Shown here: one piece after another, positions 60,454 to 64,000 of the stretch
Numbering within the stretch: the stretch's first letter is position 1
Layout of the letters: each line of letters starts with the position of its first letter
Source: Prochlorococcus sp. AG-355-B18
Lineage (GTDB): Bacteria; Cyanobacteriota; Cyanobacteriia; PCC-6307; Cyanobiaceae
Direction of reading: 5' to 3'
Length of the DNA stretch: 64,000 nt
Assembly (NCBI GenBank): GCA_003280965.1
Contig: QCDI01000009.1
Location: 22,778 to 86,777, forward strand
The notes under the pieces: generated by a model
Databases searched by the model: none
Seen by the model: the letters and a program-made list of their open reading frames with translations, nothing else
Told to the model about the DNA's origin: nothing
Translations under genes and position numbers: made by a program

Positions 60454-60776
60454 ATAGTAAATTAGAAAAAAAAGAGGACAATATAGAAAAAAGTTTCTTA
60501 TCTATATTCATTACAACTTTTACGACCATATTTATTGCAGAACTTGGCGATAAAACTCAGATAGCTACATTAATGCTTTCAGCTGAATCAGGGAAGCCAA
60601 TAATTGTTTTTATTGGAAGTTCTCTAGCTTTGATAAGTTCTAGTGTAGTAGGAGTTCTTATTGGTAAATGGTTGTCAAAAAAAATCTCTCCAAGCAAATT
60701 TGCATTATTTACTGGTATTTTAATGATATTAATAAGCGTATTTTTAGCTTATGATACTTTTAAAAATTATTTATAA
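60450..60776 (+). CDS. UPF0016/GDT1 (TMEM165) half-size transporter, copy 1
   Basis: AELGDKTQ motif, about 3 TM segments. Confidence 0.9.
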   Translation: MNSKLEKKEDNIEKSFLSIFITTFTTIFIAELGDKTQIATLMLSAESGKPIIVFIGSSLALISSSVVGVLIGKWLSKKISPSKFALFTGILMILISVFLAYDTFKNYL

Positions 60777-61088
60777 ATGGTCTTAAGTTTATTAATATCA
60801 ACATTTTTAACCGTTTTTATAGCTGAATTAGGTGACAAAACCCAACTAGCTACTTTAACTATAAGTGGAACTTCAAATAAACCATTTGCAGTATTTTTAG
60901 GCTCTTCTTCAGCACTCGTTTTTGCAAGTTTATTAGGTGCTTTGACAGGTGGTTCTATATCCAGTTTTATACCAGAGGTAGTTCTTAAATCAATTGCCTC
61001 CATAACTTTTTTTATTATTGGTAGCAGGCTTTTTATAAATTCATTCGTTATTGAAAAAGAAGAAAAAGAAGACAAAAAAAATAATTAG
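60777..61088 (+). CDS. UPF0016/GDT1 (TMEM165) half-size transporter, copy 2
   Basis: AELGDKTQ motif; ATG directly follows the stop of copy 1. Confidence 0.9.
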   Translation: MVLSLLISTFLTVFIAELGDKTQLATLTISGTSNKPFAVFLGSSSALVFASLLGALTGGSISSFIPEVVLKSIASITFFIIGSRLFINSFVIEKEEKEDKKNN

Positions 61089-61159
61089 TTTTAAGCTTGG
61101 ATAAAAGGTGTAATAATAGAATATATAAACCAATTAACTTATAAATATAAACCTATATT

Positions 61160-63376
61160 ATGTTCACAACATCTTCAATAATTGATAATTTGAATCAGTC
61201 AGAAGGGTTAGAATATAAAAAATTATGCAGATCTCTAAAAATAACAAAAAAATCTGATAAAGATAAACTAAATATCGCTTTAACAGCTCTAGAAAAACTT
61301 GAGATAATTAATAAAAATAAAGATAATGAATATATTTATAAAAAAGATAGCGATCATATTGTTGCAAAAATAAGATGCAGTAGCAAAGGTTATTGCTTTG
61401 CCGTAAGAGAAAAAAATAAAGAAGATATTTATATTAAAGAAAATCTACTTAACTATGCCTGGAATGGAGATAAAGTATTAGTAAGAATTATAAAAGAGGG
61501 TTATAGAAGAAGATCACCAGAGGGAATAGTTGATTGTATTCTAGAAAGATCAAATAAAATACTCCTATCTAAAGTAGAAATAATAAACAATGTTGTATAT
61601 GCCATTCCTATTGATGATAGGATTTTATCTAAAATAAAACTACCAAAAGAAGATAGAAAGTACGCTTTCAAACCAGAAAATAAAAATATAGTAAAAGTTG
61701 AAATTGAAAGGTTCCCTATTGGCCAGGAGGAAGGACTAGGCCATGTTATAAAAGAATTACAACTTAATAATAATGAGGAATTTGATACTGATTTTGTTTT
61801 ATCTAAAAGCAATATCATCAAATCAAACAATAATGTAATTGAAGCTAAGAAGATAGAAAAAAGGGAAAGAATAGACTTATCTGATAAAAACTCTTATTTG
61901 TTCAAAAGCTGGAATTCAGATAATTCTCCAATTCTTCCAATGATTCAAATAGAACAAGAAAAGAATCAAAGTACTAAATTATGGTTACACATAAATAATA
62001 TTGCAGAAAGAGTAGAACTGAATGGAAAAAAATCCTTAGAAATGTTCTTTAATAGCTTTGAATCATTCCCTTTATTGAATGATTGGCAAAATTACATTAG
62101 TGATGAAATAAGACATGCTTCTGAATTTAATTTAGGAGAAAAGAATGAAGCAATAAGTATATGTATGCATTTGAATAGCGATAACGAAATTACAGACTGG
62201 TCATTTCACCTTACTTTTGTAAGATGCTCTCTTATTATTTGCAATGATCATACTGACGCACTTTTATCAAGAAAAAGTAAGACTAGAATTACATCACGAA
62301 TACTAAAACCTATTAAAGAATATATAGAAGATTTAGATAAAATATTGGAAATTTCAACATCCTTTAGACAAAGACATCTCTTAGAAGGCAAAGTTGAAAT
62401 CCCTGCTCCTCTAAATAAAATAGAATCATTAGATGAATTCTTTATTCATAACCCTGCTGAATATTCAAAAGGATATTTTGAACCATTAAAAAAAGATGAT
62501 TGCCAAACATACCTTTCACCAATACTTCATGAAGGTAATTTAATATGGTTCAAACACTCATATGAATATGGATTAAAAAGTGTTGGATACATTTTAAAGG
62601 AACTAAATTATATAAATGTAAATGAAATGATCAAATATTCGGAATTTATCGGCAGTGATATAGAGCTAAATGAAGATGGTAATTTAACATTTAGTCAAAT
62701 AATTAAATTTTGCGATGACGATAAAAAGAGAATCTTACATAAACTACTAATTAATACAATCAAAGAAAATGAAATAAGCCTGATATCTAAAAATTCAAAA
62801 AATGATGGATCAGAAAAATTATTTACTTCTCCCTGGACTTTGCCAGGATATGACTTCACAAATCTTATGAACCAGTACTCTATTTTTAATATGATAATAA
62901 ATGGAAAAAAATCAAAGAAAAATAATGTAAATGATATAAATATTATGGAGAGTAATTCTTGGGAGAAAGTTAATTGGGATATATTTAATTCATCAATTTC
63001 AAAGAATATAGATATATTATTTAATGAGTTTATAATAGATAAGCTTAATGAATATAAAAATAAGGTAGTCCAATATAAATCAAATATTTTAAGTTTAAAA
63101 AAAGTACGAAAGGCAGAAAAATTATTAGGTAATTCATATAGTGGTTTTATTTTGTCAGTTCAAAGTTATGGTTTTTTTGTTGAAATATCAGATCTAAATT
63201 TAGAAGGTCTTGTTCATGTTAGTACCCTTAATAATGATTGGTACGAATATAGATCAAAACAAAATTTATTGATTGGAAGAAAATCCAAGAAATCATATAA
63301 AGTTGGAAATGAAATAGAAGTAAAAATAATTAAAGTTGATATTCTTAAATATCAAATTGATTTAGAGTTATCTTAA
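61160..63376 (+). CDS. RNase II/R-family (Zam-like) protein with CSD and S1 domains
   Basis: KGYCFA..DIYI....AWNGDKV (CSD), SVQSYGFFV..EGLVHVS (S1); catalytic DxxxxxxDxDD not found. Confidence 0.85.
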   Translation: MFTTSSIIDNLNQSEGLEYKKLCRSLKITKKSDKDKLNIALTALEKLEIINKNKDNEYIYKKDSDHIVAKIRCSSKGYCFAVREKNKEDIYIKENLLNYAWNGDKVLVRIIKEGYRRRSPEGIVDCILERSNKILLSKVEIINNVVYAIPIDDRILSKIKLPKEDRKYAFKPENKNIVKVEIERFPIGQEEGLGHVIKELQLNNNEEFDTDFVLSKSNIIKSNNNVIEAKKIEKRERIDLSDKNSYLFKSWNSDNSPILPMIQIEQEKNQSTKLWLHINNIAERVELNGKKSLEMFFNSFESFPLLNDWQNYISDEIRHASEFNLGEKNEAISICMHLNSDNEITDWSFHLTFVRCSLIICNDHTDALLSRKSKTRITSRILKPIKEYIEDLDKILEISTSFRQRHLLEGKVEIPAPLNKIESLDEFFIHNPAEYSKGYFEPLKKDDCQTYLSPILHEGNLIWFKHSYEYGLKSVGYILKELNYINVNEMIKYSEFIGSDIELNEDGNLTFSQIIKFCDDDKKRILHKLLINTIKENEISLISKNSKNDGSEKLFTSPWTLPGYDFTNLMNQYSIFNMIINGKKSKKNNVNDINIMESNSWEKVNWDIFNSSISKNIDILFNEFIIDKLNEYKNKVVQYKSNILSLKKVRKAEKLLGNSYSGFILSVQSYGFFVEISDLNLEGLVHVSTLNNDWYEYRSKQNLLIGRKSKKSYKVGNEIEVKIIKVDILKYQIDLELS

Positions 63377-63439
63377 AAAATTACCAAAAATATATTATGG
63401 AAATAATTATCCCAAAAAAATATATATACCTTTTACATA

Positions 63440-63883
63440 ATGATTTTTAAGAAAAAATATTTATTATTAACTTTTTTTTTAATAATAATTTTCCAAATAT
63501 CACTATACACAAATAATAAACAGAGGGTTTCACTAAGATATCTTAAATGGACTGTTCAAGAAGTAAGTATAGGTAAATTGATCAGTTTCTCTTTTTTTTC
63601 TGGTTTATTTATAAGCGCGTTTTTAAATACAACAATCACTGGGTATAAAAAAAATACATTAGAAAATGCAGAAGAAAATTATGAGACACTAAATGATGAA
63701 GAAGATATGAAATCTAATGTTAAAATGCCGCCACAAAGGGATATAAGAGATTCTCAGCCAACAATATCAGTTAATTATAGAGTTGTCCAAAATGGAGAAG
63801 AAAATTATTCCAAAAGTGATCAAAATTTTTCGGATAATCCTGAAAGCAAAAATGACTGGATTAATGATGAAAATGATTGGTAG
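63440..63883 (+). CDS. Hypothetical membrane protein (LapA-like N-terminus, acidic tail)
   Basis: Two hydrophobic segments, then PPQRDIRDSQPTISVNYRVV and a terminal DW..DW. Confidence 0.65.
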   Translation: MIFKKKYLLLTFFLIIIFQISLYTNNKQRVSLRYLKWTVQEVSIGKLISFSFFSGLFISAFLNTTITGYKKNTLENAEENYETLNDEEDMKSNVKMPPQRDIRDSQPTISVNYRVVQNGEENYSKSDQNFSDNPESKNDWINDENDW

Positions 63884-63952
63884 ATTTAAATAATTTAAAT
63901 TATAAAAAATGAATATTTTTATTTATAATAAAGTATAAATATAATTTTTTTT

Positions 63953-64000
63953 ATGGAAGAAAATTTAGAACCAATTAAAGAAGTAAATAATGAATTATCA
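63953..64000 (+). CDS. Start of a CDS running off the window
   Basis: ATG GAA GAA AAT TTA GAA CCA... (MEENLEPIKEVNNELS), open to the window edge. Confidence 0.5.
   Translation, partial: MEENLEPIKEVNNELS

Overview
Very AT-rich, gene-dense cyanobacterial chromosome segment. Gene content and order (ilvA-dxs-psaK ... dnaK-dnaJ ... leuS ... cobN-ilvE-metH ... pheT-rpmG-rpsR-metG ... prx-ftsH-rpmF-psb30) match a streamlined Prochlorococcus marinus, most likely a high-light ecotype. Most of the window is core housekeeping genes plus two tRNAs (Ser-GGA, Met-CAT). No integrase, transposase, CRISPR array or rRNA was seen. Two parts stand out. (1) At 39.5-41.65 kb, a ribbon-helix-helix (RHH) + J-domain fusion gene sits beside three phased arrays of AG(A/T)CT pentamers with fixed 6/7-bp spacers, and a related palindrome lies in its own promoter. 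This is a candidate undescribed DNA-array/chaperone-recruiting module. (2) A ~5 kb variable islet follows tRNA-Met (50.3-55.4 kb). It is packed with 45-130 aa ORFs and holds two apparent nonsense pseudogenes, two candidate sRNAs, and a second RHH gene bracketed at both ends by the same 13-bp palindrome. Two core-gene paralogues appear catalytically degenerate: an FtsH lacking HEXXH and an RNase II/R lacking the acidic catalytic motif. All product calls come from motif recognition by eye; no searches were run.
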